Shown: positions 12,490 through 26,130 of the stretch, piece after piece | How positions within the stretch are numbered: the stretch's first letter is position 1 | Layout: each line of letters opens with the position of its first letter | Source: Mobula birostris | Taxonomy: Eukaryota | Direction: 5' to 3' | Length of the DNA stretch: 64,000 bases | Assembly (NCBI RefSeq): GCF_030028105.1 | Contig: NC_092379.1 | Location: forward strand, 30,401,715 to 30,465,714 | The notes under the pieces: generated by a model | Told to the model about the DNA's origin: nothing | Seen by the model: the letters and a program-made list of their open reading frames with translations, nothing else | Database searches by the model: none | Position numbers and translations under genes: made by a program

Positions 12490-15400
12490 CGCAGGGTTCG
12501 GGACATTCAAAGGAAGCTCTGAGACGGTCTCACCGAGTTAGGAAGAGATTCGATCATTTTATGTCAGAGGGATTTGTTTCCCTGAATGAAGCATTCACTC
12601 AAATACCAATAAAAGTTGTTCTGGATACTGGGGCTTCTCTGTCACTTACGTTAGACAGTGTTCTAGGGCTTCGGAATGAGACTGAGACTGCTGAAGTAAA
12701 TTTTATACCAGGTATTGAGGGTAACCTTACGCCAGCACCTCTGCACGAAGTAGTTTTAACGTCAGAGATAGTTTCAGGACCTGCTAAAATCGGACTACGA
12801 CACAGTTTACCGGTGGATGGTGTTTCTTTATTGTTAGGGAATGACCTTGCAGATGGAAAGGTTGTTCCTGCAGTGCAGCTCACAATTAAGCCAATCACTG
12901 ATGATCCAAAGATGGATGCTGACATGTATCCCTCCTGTGTAGTAACCCGAGCTATGCCGAAATATTCTGCCAAGGCAGATGGTTCTGTGTAACCTGGATC
13001 TAGTACCTATGACAGCTCAAATCGGGATTCAGATTTTGACGATTTCTCAGAAGCTTTCCTACATTCCTTGTTTGATCAGGATACTCATAGTGAGCCTGAC
13101 CATAAAAACTTGTCTCCGTCCAGGAAAGAGATTATAACGGTGCAGAGCAGAGATCCTGAGATTGCCACCTTGAGAGAGAACGCTCTCCCAGATAGCGAGA
13201 TTTAGAAGGTGACAGTAGGGTTTTATTCCAAGAGTGGAGTGTTAATGAGAAAGTGGAGACCACCTGAGATTCCTGCAAATGAGGATTGGGCAGCTGGTCA
13301 CCAGGTCGTCTATCCTCAGGTCTGTAGGAATGAAATTTTCACTTTGGCTCATAGTATGCCCTTAGGTGGCCATCTAGTGTGAAGAAAACTGTGAACACAG
13401 TCATGAAACATTTATTCTGGCCTGGTTTGAGGAAAGATGTGCCGACATTTTGCCGAACTTTTCACACTTCTCAGGTTGTGGGTGAACCTAATCAAAACAA
13501 CCCAATGGCACAATTGCAACATATTCCTGCATTTGGTGAACTATTTTCTAAAATCATTGTAGATTAAGTTGGCCCATTGCCAAAGACTAAAGCTAGACAT
13601 TAAGATTTGGTGACCATCATGTGTACATCACCTAGGTTTGACGAAGCAATACCTCTCAGGAATATAAAAGTTAAAACTGTGACGAAGGCTCTCATGAAGA
13701 TCTTTACTTTATTTGGGTTGCCTAAAGAAATCCAGTCTGATCAAGGAAGTAAATTTATATCTGGATTATTCTAGCAGGTAGTTTATAACCTAGGAGCCAA
13801 GCACAGTATATCTTCTGCGTACCATCTAGAATCACAGGGGGCCTTAGAAAGGTTTCATTCTATCTTCAAAGCCATGATTAGGATGCTCTGTGTCGAAAAC
13901 GAGAAGGATTGGAATGCGGTAGTTCATTTGCTTTTATTTGCTGTAAGGGAGTCAGTGCAGGAGTCCCTAGGCTTTAGCCCCTTTGAACTTGTGTTCGGGC
14001 ATTGAGTCCGAGGACATTTAGCATTGTTAAAAGAACAGTGTGTCAACAAAGAACTACACACTGATTTGCCGGATTATGTCTTGACATTTAAGGAAAGATG
14101 GCATAAAGATTGCAACTTAGCAAGGGAAAATTTAAAATCTGCTCAAGAAAGAATGAAAAATTGGTATGACAAGGAAGCTAGAACGAAGTCATTTGAGTTG
14201 GGAAGTACGGTGTTTTTTTTTTCCCCCTGTGCAAACGAACCCATAAAAGCTAAGGTAATAATGCTGTCTGTGCGGTACAAACACCAAATCGAGGAGGCCC
14301 ACGCAGCTTTGTCATTTAAATATGATAAAACCATATTATGAAAAACAGTTCGCCGCTATGATTGTTGTCGTCAATGACAATGAGCCTGATCTTCCTGCGA
14401 ACTTGGTAGTTGATCCATCTGAGGCTTATTTTAAACCGAAGATTATTTCCGCCAGACTACCAAATTCGACAAGTTTGGAAAATTTTGATAAGAAATTGGC
14501 TCATCTACACCCACAGCAGCGGCAGCAAATGAAGCAGTTAATTATCAAATTTCGGTTTTTATTTCCAGACCTTCCAAAAAAACCGCAGTTGCCTGACATG
14601 ATGTAGGTGTTGAGATCGTCAAACCAATAAAGCAACTTCCATTTCGAATGGACATGGGAAAATATAAAATCGCTGAACAAGAAATGGAATATTTGTTAGA
14701 AAATGTTATTCTTCGGCTTTCTGCTTCGGATTGGAGTTCACCTTGTGTCTTGGTACCTAAACCAGAAGGTAGCATTCGGTTTTGTACTGATTACAGAAAG
14801 GTGAATGCTGTAACAAAAACCGATGCATATCCAATCCCAAGGGTAGATTATTTTGTGGATAAGGTTGGAAGAGCTCAGTTTCGTACAAAGATCCACCTGT
14901 TCAAATGATATTGGTGTGTTCCTTTGACAGATATTTCAGCATTTGTAACGCCATCTGGGTTATATGAATACAATGTCCTGCCATTTGGAATGAAGAATGC
15001 TCCGCGAAAAATTCCAGAAAATGATTAATTCTGTAATTCAAGGGTTTAAACATACAGATGTCTGTAATGATGATTTAGTCACAGGGAATAACACTTGGGA
15101 AGCACATATATCTGCAGTGGGAAAGCTGTTTGAAAGGCTTTCACAAGCCAACATAACTATTAATTTAGCTAAAAGTGAATTTGACCATGTTACTGTGACC
15201 TATCTTGGTTACGTTGTGGGTCAAGGCAGGTTGGTTCCTGTTCAAATGTTCAGGCAATTTTGAAGATTCCTACCTCAACTGGTAAAAAAACTCTCAGAAG
15301 ATTCTTGGGAATGGTAGGATATTACCGTAAGTTCTGTAAGAAATTTGCCGAGATTGCCCTTCCGTTAACTAACTTCCTGAAGTAAGGTGAGAAGTGTATT

Positions 15401-16051
15401 TGGAAAAAGCCTTGTCAGGAGGCCTTTGATAAGTTGAAAGCTATCCTATGTCACCACCCTGTGCTCAGGTCACCTGACTTTGAAAAGCCATTTTCCCTAG
15501 CTGTGGATGCCAGTGACGAGGCTGCAGGAGGAGTATTACTATAAAGGGATAATTATGATGATGTTGACCATCCCGCGACTTACTTTTCCAAGAAATTTAA
15601 TGGGCATCAAAGAAATTATTCAGCATTAGAAGAGGAATTATTATCCCTTGTTTTAGCTCTGAAAAATGTTGATGTGTATGTTGGCGCAACTCAGAAACCA
15701 CCAGGGGTTTGCACCGATCACAACCCATTGGTATTTTTGAGTAAACTGAAAAACGAAAATGGAAGGTTGCTAAATTGTAGTTTATTTTGCAGGAATATGA
15801 TATCTCAATAACTCACATTAAAGGCAAAGATAATGTAATTGTCGACTATCTGTCCAGATGTTGAACTTGCAATGTAATTTTTTTATGGAGTGGAATTTTG
15901 ATATTTGTGTACACTCCTGCCAGGTTATATTAGTACTGTATGACAACTGTGCGTATCGTGCATTTTGCAAACTTTATGCATTGTATATTTTGCAAATTGT
16001 AGTTAAAATTTTGCTTTTGATAGATCAATATTTTCTTTTCTTGAGGGGAGG
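12490..16051 (+). mobile_element. Gmr1-type Ty3/Gypsy LTR retrotransposon internal region (PR-IN-RT-RNaseH order), defective
   Basis: Protease VVLDTGAS (12561-12992); integrase HHCC and core (GGHL..KHLFWPGLRKDV; FGLPKEIQSDQGS, ~13350-13900); RT (WSSPCVLVPKPEGSIRFCTDYRKVNAVT, 14648+); RNaseH (AVDASDEAAGGVLL, ~15500). Many stops; polypurine tract ttgaggggagg at 16041-16051. Confidence 0.9.
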
Positions 16052-16282
16052 TTTTACTTGCTCCGTTAGTATCTCGTGAGCATGATGTATTGTCTCGTGA
16101 TATTAGTATGATGTAATTGTCTCGTGATATTTCCATGATGTAAATGTCATGATAGTGGGTGATGTGATGTCACGTGATGGCATGTTCCAACCAGTGTAAA
16201 AGGGGACACCGCAGTTTACTGCTCAGTTGTTTTGTTGGGGGAGTCACAGTCGGTGCTAACGTAATCGAAGGAGGGAGAGAGA

Positions 16283-16357
<75 letters not shown>

Positions 16358-16897
16358 GAATTGCCAGCCTCGGGCGAACCCAAAGTATTGGGTAGAAATC
16401 AGCGGCGTTCTGTGATTGACATTTGGTATGGTCCATACGGGTATTATGGCATACACTTCTGGTTAACCCCTGCATAGTCTCGGCTGCTGTGTGGTGACCA
16501 CCTCCGGCGAAAGATCGGTTAGATCGGTTATTGTGAGAAATCTTATTCTTCGTGATCTCTTTGGACAAGGCATTTCTCGGCTTGGATTTGCGTCAGCAGT
16601 TTCGTCTTCTCTTCATCGGTGGTTCAGGAAGTCTTTCCTCTCACGTATTTCATCACTTGGACTCTTTGAACTACCACCTTAAGACTGTGTTTGAGTAATA
16701 TTTGTTAAGAATTGTCACTAGGTCGACTGTGTGATAATTATAGACGTGAAACACTGTTAACTTCCGTTACAGTTACTTAAAAATTAAGTAAAAGGTTGCT
16801 TACTTTTCTATGTTATTGAGTAGAGGTTAATAAATTTCGTTGTTTATTCATAGAAACCCCGACTTAATTTCATATCTATTGCTGCTGGTGCGTAACA
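16052..16897 (+). mobile_element. 3' LTR of the Gmr1-type element
   Basis: Starts right after the polypurine tract and ends ...ctggtgcgtaaca; contains an internal (GA)n. Confidence 0.75.
16277..16352. repeat. (GA)n microsatellite
   Basis: Seen directly. Confidence 0.95.
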
Positions 16898-17089
16898 AAA
16901 CATATCACTGAAATGTTGATTATCAAGCACACACTTCCGTGGGAAAACCACAGAATTGACGACGATCTCTCGGCATGGAGACGACTGGAGCAAAGAAGTG
17001 AACGTACGTCCCAAATCCACGACTGGAGTCACCGAACCACTTGGTCATTTTGTCTATGACCTAAACATGGTATAGGAATATTTTTACCA

Positions 17090-19620
17090 CTGTGCCAGAG
17101 TTACAAAATACACGTGGACTAAGATGTTAACTGTCCTGTGCTATCACCAGTGAGTTCATCAGTTGATCTGCCACCTCTCTTCAGGAGTTTCGGCCCGCTT
17201 ATGATCAAGACTCTCTCGAGGTGGCGGGCCAGCTGTGCTAAAGTACCACCTCCCACTGGTGAGCTTAAAAACTTGGCATCTGCCTCTATCAGAGTTGTTG
17301 GTCACTTCCATCCAACAGATAGTCTACCCTTCAGGTGTCTATGCAACTACTGAAGGGTTTGCAAGATATGTATACACTGTCTGACTATCTGCCCCTCTGG
17401 ACATACGTGGTCCACAAGCATGCTGATCCTTTCTCTGCTGCCTCAGCTACAGCCCTGCTGGTTGACTTGATCCCTCTATGGTGAAGTCAAGGTCACGCAG
17501 CCACTTCTGGAGAGCGAACGCAGTAAACCCACAGCAGCCTACTTCGAATGGATAGCATGAGACCTTCCACCCTCTGTCTCTGCACTCTGATCTTAATTCT
17601 GCATACTTGGTTAAGTTGCGCTCATGGGCTTCATCGACGTTGTCTTCCCAGGGGACTGTGAGTTCACTAATAACTGCTTATCTACTGGTGTCAGACCATC
17701 TGATTATACCTGGACGCAATGTGGTAAAAGCTATTTGCTCCAGGAAACTGCCTTTCCCGTCCAGGTCGGCCTTGACACACCAATCATTGGCTGCAGAAAG
17801 TATGCTTCATGGTGAGCCTATGCTGTACACCCTTGACTTGGAGCCTTCTTTCACAAATGATATGCGATGTTCTGTGCAGCATGGGGCATGAGATGAGCTG
17901 TGCTGCAGTACTCTCTGCTCAACCACTTCTGTTACAATTTTGAGAACGTTCTTATGTCCCCAAGTGTACATGCCGCTGGAAAGATTGACTCTGCATGCAC
18001 TCAAGATATGTTGAAGTGTTCCCTTCTCGCTACAAGCAGCACATCCGTCTGTCTTATCTTCATACCAGGTGCTGAGGTTGGCAGGTGTTGGGAGCAGATC
18101 GTACGCTGCTCTGCATAAAAAACAAATGCGGAGCGGTTCCATCTGCCACAGAACATTCCAAGATAGGTGTCGTTGTTCAAACGTTCCTTCCGGGTCCACA
18201 CCACTTGTTTGGCCAGGTCAGCTGTTTTAGTTAACCTCTTCTCCTCTTCTACCTCTCGTATTTCTTGTGTTACAAGCTCACGGCCCTCCTCACCTGTAGA
18301 AGATGACCACCACTTGTGGGTTGTCCATCCAAGTCCCTAGCGGCCTAGCTGGATAGCCCCAACCGTCTCCTTGTGCTTCAATCTAGACTCTGCCTCATCA
18401 ACTGCTACACGGGCTAACCACTTCCTGCATGATCTCCCATCTGGCTGGGTGTTCTTGATGACAGGGTCTTTTGAGTCTCGAAGCATCAAGAATGATCTTA
18501 CCTTGGCTACCTCGACCTCCTCAACAAGGGATTGCACTGGGATGATAAGCTTTGTCTGGCTACTGTGGATTGCAACATTGGTGAGGCTGCTCGGTCCTCC
18601 AAGCTACTTCTTCACATACTTGTTGATCTTCCGTTCCATTGCCTCAACATGGGACAATGCCACTTCATAGACAGTTCGTGGCCACATTATCCGTGGCATC
18701 AGTCCGTACTGCAAGCACCACAACTTCAACTTGCCAGGCAAGCCACACTTGTCAACAGACATCAGACCTCTGCTGATCTGTTCTCCTGTCTCTTGAACCC
18801 TCTTGGTGTCTCTCAGCTCCTCTGTGTACCATTGTCCGAGGCTCTTAACTGGTTGGTCCTGAATGGATGGAATCTCCTCTCCACAGAGGGTGAAATGAAA
18901 GTCAACCAGCTTTCCTCTCCTAAGAACAAGGCTCCTTGACTTCTTGGTCTTGAACTTCATTCTTCCCCAATCCATTAGCTCCTCGAGTCTAGATAGTGCA
19001 TTTTCCACAGCCTCCGTGCTTGGACCCAAAAGGATGACATCATCCATGAACGCTCATATTGGTGGTAACTCCTCGCCGCCATCAAGTGCAACACCTGGTC
19101 CCGCTGATTCTGCAGCCCTCACAATAACCTCCATGGCTAACACAAAAAGGATGGGTGAAATTGCACATCCCATTGGGATTCCAACATCCAAGCTCTGCCA
19201 CCTAGTTGCAAACTGCTGAGTGGAAAACCTCATCCGGAAATCGTTGTAGTACTGCATAACAAAGTTCCTCACCTGAGCAAGAATCCATAATAGTTCCATC
19301 GCAAACTCAATCAGGACATGGGGAACAGAACCATATGCATTTGCCAGATCAAGCCAACCTACAGCCAGATTTCTTCTCAACCTTTTTGACTCCTGGATGG
19401 TATGCCATATCATACTAGAATGTTCAATGCATCCTGGGAAGCCTGGTATTTCTGCTTTCTGCACAGATGTATCTACTGATCAATTCTCAATCACAAATGA
19501 AGATATTCTTTCTGCCAGAATGCCAAATAGAATCTTCTTTCTACATTCAGGAGTGAGATTTGTCGGAACTGACTCAATGTAGAAGAATTCTCTCCCTTCG
19601 GGATGTATACTCCTTCAGCC
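17090..19620 (-). mobile_element. HERO-clade (R2 group) non-LTR retrotransposon with restriction-like endonuclease, 5' truncated
   Basis: RT: QKAEIPGFPGCIEHSSMIW..WLDLANAYGSVPH..GIPMGCAISP (19054-19464) and MDD (19047). CCHC: CAAC..GTLQHILSAC (17807-18199). RLE: ELTVPWEDNVDEAHER..YPFEVGC (~17530-17670). Confidence 0.85.
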
Positions 19621-20294
19621 TCACTCCATGACAAATGCATCTTTACCATTTGGGAACTGGATAAAATATATTATGCGGTGTTCGGCAATGTTACACTTTG
19701 ATCGGTCATATCATGACGGGACGATGTGCGTCAATCGCTTGACTGCAGTCGTCATGCGAATACAGGACTGGGTATACAGGGAAATGGATGAAGACACTCA
19801 GCCTCTGAGGCACTGCTACACTTGGTGGAGAATACTGATAAGCCGAGTGCCAAACATCACATAACCACAATCAATCCTCCAAAAGCTTTCTTTCCCTTTG
19901 ATTATATCCCTAACTTCATGCGTTATCCATTCTTTGATGTTGTCAGACTCTCTGCGTGAAAACATATCTTTTCCATTTTCGGGCAAATTTTCCACCACTC
20001 ACGCATTGGTTCATTTGGAAGCTTTACGAACTCCGACTCAGTTCTTATATACATGATGCAGTGCATTCGGCATGACAACGGATATATTCAGAACAACCTT
20101 CTGAATTCAGAACATGCATTTTCATTGCGAGAACTTCAAGCAGATCTTGACTTCGCGGCGGAGTTCTTTTGTGAGAAGTGTTTGACTTGTGGACAGAAGT
20201 CAACAATCCAGGGAAACTAATCGCTGATGTAAATCTTGACTGACACTGCTTTCTATTGCTTTTGAATATCGCCGTAATGGGACCGATATAACAG

Positions 20295-20295
<1 letters not shown>

Positions 20296-20329
<34 letters not shown>
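20296..20329. repeat. (AGT)n microsatellite
   Basis: Seen directly. Confidence 0.95.
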
Positions 20330-20379
20330 AAAATAACAATTATATTAAGAAGAAGACGAAGAAAAAGAAGAAGAACTTT

Positions 20380-20975
20380 GTTGTTCCTGAGTGGGATCTT
20401 CTTTCGTTACAGCAGCAGCACTTAAAATACATTTAGCAGTCTTCGGAACTAAGTAAGAATACAGTAGAGAATAATAATATACACAATAATAATTTACCGA
20501 TGTGCAAAAATGTGCAACAATAATGTACGAAATTATAAAACATGGACTGTTGTATTACGGAGTGTGTTCTTCTGGCGCAGAGAGATCAAGTGTTGTATAC
20601 ACTTATTGCGTTTGGTAGGGGAGATTTTCATGCAACGATACTTGTGACAGGGATGCCGAATAAATCTGTCTGAAAGAGTGCTACGCTGCTTATTCAGTAG
20701 CTCATTGAGAGTATGTGCAAGATTGTCCATAATGGATAACAGCTGGTTCAAATATGCCCTCTACAGCACTAAACGAAAAGAGACCGGGTTGTAGCCAAGA
20801 GCGCATCCAAACTCTTTTGATTAGATTATTAGTAGTTTTGCATCACCAGCACCGATGCTACTCCCTCAAAATAAAGCCGGAAAAAGGACTGCACTTGATA
20901 TAATAGATTGGTAAAACATCTCAAACACCCTGTTGCAGATATTGAATGATCTCACGTTCCTTAGAAAATAGAGAC
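20380..20975 (-). mobile_element. Rex/L2-type LINE 3' fragment
   Basis: ORF 20533-20751 LLSIMDNLAHTLNELLNKQRSTLSDRF resembles the post-RT C-terminus of these LINEs. Confidence 0.65.
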
Positions 20976-22084
20976 AGCTCATTCCCTTTACTGATTGCCC
21001 ACTACTTCCCATGGAGCAGAAAAGCTACATTCGCGAGAAATATTTGAGATCTGCCTGTGATATACAGCGAGATAAGTCCCGGCACCCGAAGCTCCATCAT
21101 GCATTTCTGTTTTTCCTGGAAATGTTCGTTTCTGTTTAACCATCGAGAACTCCGGGGGTATCAACTGGCAATTTACTTCACTTTAAACGGTAATCATCGA
21201 GGCAGAATCCAGGTGCGTTCAGAAATACACACTCTCTTCTGGAAAAATCGATTTTTTTATATTCTGCAAAGCAGTATATGTTTCTGTCCTAAAGTAAGAG
21301 GCAGTTTAGCTGAGCGATTAGGGAGAAACGTTCTGAAAAGAATTGTACTAAGAGGGACAACCACAGAATAGTGCACAGCTCGTGTGAGTCTCTGAGCTGC
21401 AGAGTCGCATAGTATCGGTATAAACACTTCGCCTCTGATATCTCCTATTTCCCCGGATGTTCCACTCTCCTTCCCACGAACAGACTGACGAGTAGTTGGC
21501 AGTTGCAAAATAAATTGTAAACTGTTTTCCACATGAAAGCAAGTGCTACAATCTTTGATATGTTACAGTCATTGGGAATATGTGGGAAAGAAATTGGTGA
21601 AAGCGTCGATTGAGTTTATAACGGACAGAGGGTGAGGACTGTTTAATTATTCTGTGCTGTTTTATTCTCGAGGCATTTCTGTTTGATTTACCTTATCACC
21701 TCCTTTTGATCTACAGTTGTATCTGCTGGAAGCAGATTAACTTCCGAAACGTTTTGAAAAGATAAATAAATATCAGAGATGTACAGAGAACTTGTTCTGA
21801 ATTTTGGACATTACTAAGCAAATATATGATGATCAACCCATATTAATAAAAAGAAACAGTTCAGGAGAATACGGTCTAATTGGCCATCGAGTTTAAAATA
21901 AAATTCCCAGTACCAAGAGATAGAGTCAAAATGGACTTTGAGTGTTTCTAGAGAAAATTAATTGCATTAAGCATTGCCGTCTGGTTGGCGATCGATTATG
22001 CACTTGTTTACGTACCGTATGGCTTCATGAGTAAATGTTCTTTTAATTCCTTTCAAAATGTATTTAGTTGTTTATTTCATGATG

Positions 22085-22370
22085 CAGCGCAGAATAAGGT
22101 ATTCCAGCCCTTACAACTGCACAGCCCCAGCAACCATTGGGAACCCTGATTTTTCCGGAACCTAATCATCGGACAGCTTACAATGCCTAATCATTCCACG
22201 GAGTTTGTCTCTGAACTGTTGGTGGATCCGAGAACAGTCGGTGAAAACCCTAGCATTCCATGGCGAGGACACACAAACTAGTTACAGATGAACCAGGATT
22301 GAACTCCGAACTATTACTCCCAGAACTGTAATAGAGTCGAAGTCGTCGCGACGCTACTATGCCGCCCAAA
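22085..22370 (+). mobile_element. Degenerate elasmobranch V-SINE (HE1-like) 3' portion
   Basis: gaaaaccc..cacaaacta.ttacagatg..ccaggattgaactccgaac..ctgtaatagagtc..gctactatgccgccc pattern. Confidence 0.55.
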
Positions 22371-22859
22371 ATTTAAACAAACAGTATTATATTTATATAT
22401 TAATATAAATAGTTAATATAATTGCAGTTATTTTGAAAGGCATGGCAGCAGCAATGAAGCAAAACATAGTTTTTCGAGCACTTCTAGGGGATCCCAGTAC
22501 GGACAAGTTTCTGCTCAGACTAAACTAAAGCAAAGTCGAGGAATGACAAAACGCAGGTTATCTCTAATGAGTGGGAGGAATTACGACGTTGCCTTGCATT
22601 AACTAATGATCGAATATTTCTTTCGCAGCGCCTCTCCCAGTTATCTCGATTACCTCCAATTATAGCAATCCTTTCAATTGGATTAACATGTAATTGCCAA
22701 AAGAGTGTAGTTTCATTTTAATGAGATTCATGATATCGGCGGAAACTGAACGCAACAGAAGACATCTCAGTGAGCATCGCCTGCACGTTAACACACTCAA
22801 GCGAAAGCATTTTACATGCTAAGAAGACACATCCAGGCTCCCTAAAGTTGCGATGTGAT

Positions 22860-23312
22860 AAGGGCACGGGTGTGGATGTGGCTTATGAAAATAGGTTGAG
22901 TTATCTCGGCGTTTCCTCCTTGGAGCGACGGAGGATGAGAGGTGACCTGATAGAGGAGTATAAGATGATGAGAGGGATTGATCGTGTGGATAGTCAGAGG
23001 CTTTTTCCCAGGGCTGAAATGGCTGCCACAAGAGGGCACAGGTTTAAGGTGTTTGGGAGTAGGTGCATAGGAGATGTCAGGGGTAAGTTTTTCACACAGA
23101 GAGTGGTGAGTGCGTGGAATGGGCTGCCGGCAACGCTGGTGGAGGCGGATACGATAGGATTTTGAAGAGACTTTTGGATACGTACATGGAGCTTAGAATA
23201 ATAGAGGCTATGGGTAACCCTCGTAATTCCTAAGGTACTGACATGTTCGGTACAACTTTGTGGGCCGAAGGGCCTGTATTGTGCTGTCGGGTTTCTATCT
23301 TCCTACGTTTCT
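22860..23312 (+). mobile_element. CR1 LINE 3' end
   Basis: ORF 22770-23165 SSLERRRMRGDLIEEYKMMRGIDRVDSQRLFPRAEMAATRGHRFKV; ends with ggcctgtattgtgctgt..tttctat tail. Confidence 0.92.
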
Positions 23313-23972
23313 AGAATCGTAATGAAATCTGTAGTTCGTGATGCGGTACATTTCCAAAACAATAAATTATGCATTTATTGTTTGGAATTTGTAACATTTC
23401 AATGTCCGTTACTTATTTGCTGCTGATTACACGACGCAAACGGATTTGCGACGATCCTTCATTCAAGATGGCTGGTAGATTGAATGTACCACATGGATAT
23501 ACTGGTGAATGTATTGGGATCCAGAATTAATAATGATGGAATGGCGGGGCACCCTCGATAGGCTGATTGGCCCAATTCTGTTGCTATGTCTTATGCACTT
23601 CTGATCTAAAATGCGAATTCCCTGAAGGCAATGATGCCTTTTAACTCCGGGAATATATTCTTCAGAGCTGTGTGTCTTCTATCACTAGAAATGAGAGGAA
23701 TCTCTGGATCCGGCAGCTTCGATGGAAATGATGTTTCGAACCAAAAAAACTTCCATCAGGACATAATGATTTCGCTCAGCATATTTTGGATGTTGATTGT
23801 GTTGCTTTTATTTTCGCTATCATCATTCTACGAAAAATCCCACCACGCTGCGGTTTCTTGCCGTCTGTCTCCGTGCTTGGCAGTGGTGTATTTATATGAT
23901 AAAACTGAATGAGTTTTTGTATTGTTCTCTCGCTGCTTCCTAGCACTGTGTGCTTGTAACGAGAAGGATCCT

Positions 23973-24011
23973 AGTTCTTGAACAGCGCTGTCCATGCGCG
24001 GCATCACAGTG
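23973..24011 (-). other. 23-bp-spacer recombination signal sequence of the supporting V-delta
   Basis: Minus strand CACTGTG (24011-24005), 23 nt, TCAAGAACT (23981-23973), directly abutting the V exon. Confidence 0.88.
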
Positions 24012-24305
24012 CTGCAAACCGACTCATTGCACAGTAATACACAGCAGCGTCGCCCAGTTGCACTTTGGAGATCGTCAGCTGGCTGATTTTCTTACCAGGA
24101 TCGACAAAACCAGTAATTCGTTCTCCGGCATTTTTTGACTTATCTTGTGCTCCGAAGGTTTGTCCCTGGAGCAGGAATATGAGTGCCTGTCCTGGAAACT
24201 GGCGATACCAGTGTAATGTGTTGCGACAATACGCGTCATATCCACAGGTTAAAATTACGGAGTCGGCAAGTGTAGTTTGTAGTTCAGGACTCTGAGAAAT
24301 GGATT
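24012..24305 (-). CDS. TRDV: Leaderless supporting TCR-delta V segment of a NAR-TCR cassette
   Basis: Acceptor ...CATTCATACAG, then an open 294-nt exon: (E)SISQSPELQTTLADSVILTCGYDAYCRNTLHWYRQFPGQALIFLLQGQTFGAQDKSKNAGERITGFVDPGKKISQLTISKVQLGDAAVYYCAMSRFA. Canonical C, W(YRQ) and D-A-A-V-YYC; extra CDR1 Cys; phase-1 join to the upstream J gives GAA (Glu) in frame; no leader exon found in 24306-25663. Confidence 0.93.
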
Positions 24306-25663
24306 CTGTATGAATGTAGAGGAATATTATTACTGATTTACCGATAACTGTCAGAAAAAAAGCATCCCGAATATGATAAGGAGATTTTTCTTTCTCAAAA
24401 TCTTGTTTGATTTGAAATGTAAGTAAGCAATATTTATTGTCGTTGACAATTATTATAAGGAATTGCTGCAGTGAAATAAAATCAGGGACTCATGCTAAAT
24501 TGCGGACATCTTACTATTATCAAAACATGTTTCATATTTAGGACATATTTGTGGAAAGAAGAACTAAATTCATGGAACAATTGCAGAGAGCCTACAAACA
24601 TATAATAGGCCAAATTCCTTTTTCTCAGTTCTGTGGTGTTTATCTTAAACGTCAGTTTAATTCGGAATAATGATGGGGGAGAGGTTTTTTTTCCGAATTG
24701 ATAGATGCTCCATCCACAATTTTTTTTAATATAATTTTCCCCCCATAAGTTACAGACTCTTGCATTGTAACGTGTTCATCACAGTAATGAGACTGAACGG
24801 TACAGCCTGGTCAGATAATTTTCTTAGCTGCTGAAGGCGAACGTTTATTTTAGACTGGATTTTAGCAACCGATATAAATGTTTTATTCCCTTCCTTTTGT
24901 TAATTTTTCATCAATGGGGTATGCAATTCGCGGTACTATTTGAGAATAATTTGTAGAAAACAAGTTTGATTATTTCTTGCATCTCTGTGACTCATTCATA
25001 TATATATATATTCTGCTTGCGGTTTATGCCTTAAGCTGCTAACAATATTTCCCACAGTCTGACAGCAATCTGTTGGATTAATTCTGCCAAGATTACACCA
25101 GCATTTCATCCTTACTCATAGCAGAAATTTCCCTTTCCATCTGAGTCTGTTAATTCAGTTTACCACCTTGCCTTTCTATACAAGGAGTGTAGATTCAGTC
25201 CACAGAATCAAACCACACAAGACAAACCATAAAATTCCAGTTACTCTCTTTCAACAGTGAAGAGCTGTGCATCGATACAGCTCTCTAAAACCTACCGCAG
25301 TGGAAAATAAATGCATCCCTCACATTCTGCGAATGAACCTGCCTCCTCTCAGTCTGCTTCCTTTCGGGCCGGTGCATCTGATTTTCCACTCTGTTTTTCC
25401 TCAGTTTTGCTGTTTGGGCGTTATTGGCAGCATCAACATATATTCACCAGCAGCACCTCCTGCGAGACCTCCTGATGTGTTGAATATTTTTACAACAACG
25501 GCTCTTCCTGAAGAGACACCCTGTGCTGACACACTTTGTAGAAACTGGGTTTGACATCAGACCCATTTAAAGTTTAATGATTTTAAATCAATCGGTCATC
25601 TATCAAACGATAGTGAAAATGGGCGAGATATTTGAAGAATCGTCGATGTCTGTGGATACTTAC

Positions 25664-25721
25664 CGGGCCTGACCGTGACCTTTGTCCCTGCTCCATCGAG
25701 AGTATGAGTCGTCCATTCATA
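25664..25721 (-). CDS. NAR-TCR J segment (IgNAR-like)
   Basis: 58 nt encoding YEWTTHTLDGAGTKVTVRP+G, followed by the donor GTAAGT; GAGT-KVTV G-strand motif. Confidence 0.93.
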
Positions 25722-25760
25722 CACAATGATCCTGTTCTCAGTCTCCACCATACAACAACT
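25722..25760 (+). other. 23-bp-spacer RSS 5' of J
   Basis: Plus strand CACAATG (25722-25728), 23 nt, ACAACAACT (25752-25760). Confidence 0.9.
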
Positions 25761-26102
25761 ACATTCACGTGAATCTGCTGAGGAAACGCTACAATAGGCT
25801 TCCCAATGTTTCCAGGGTTGTTAATGCAACACATAGCGTGCAATATTCCCCATTTGCCGGCAAGTCGATATGTTCTTTGTGAGAAAGCAACACCAGATTT
25901 AAATAAACAGGAACACGCACCGCACCGATTCCGAGAAGAAAAAAAAACATAGCATACGTGTCAATCAAATATACATATGCAATATGGAAATTAAAAATAA
26001 TCTAAACAGATTAGTCGTTGAAAATCGCCAGGTTTGTATTTTTGTATGGGATATGGAGAATATATCGTTTATAAATGATTTATTTATATATTTATTATTT
26101 TC

Positions 26103-26130
26103 TATTTTTGTTCAGATCTCTTCCACTGTG
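26103..26130 (-). other. 12-bp-spacer RSS on the J-facing side of D
   Basis: Minus strand CACAGTG (26130-26124), 12 nt, ACAAAAATA (26111-26103); near consensus. Confidence 0.92.

Noticed and set aside
16170-16568. ORFs with poly-SL or poly-RE
   Set aside because: Translation of the (GA)n microsatellite inside an LTR.
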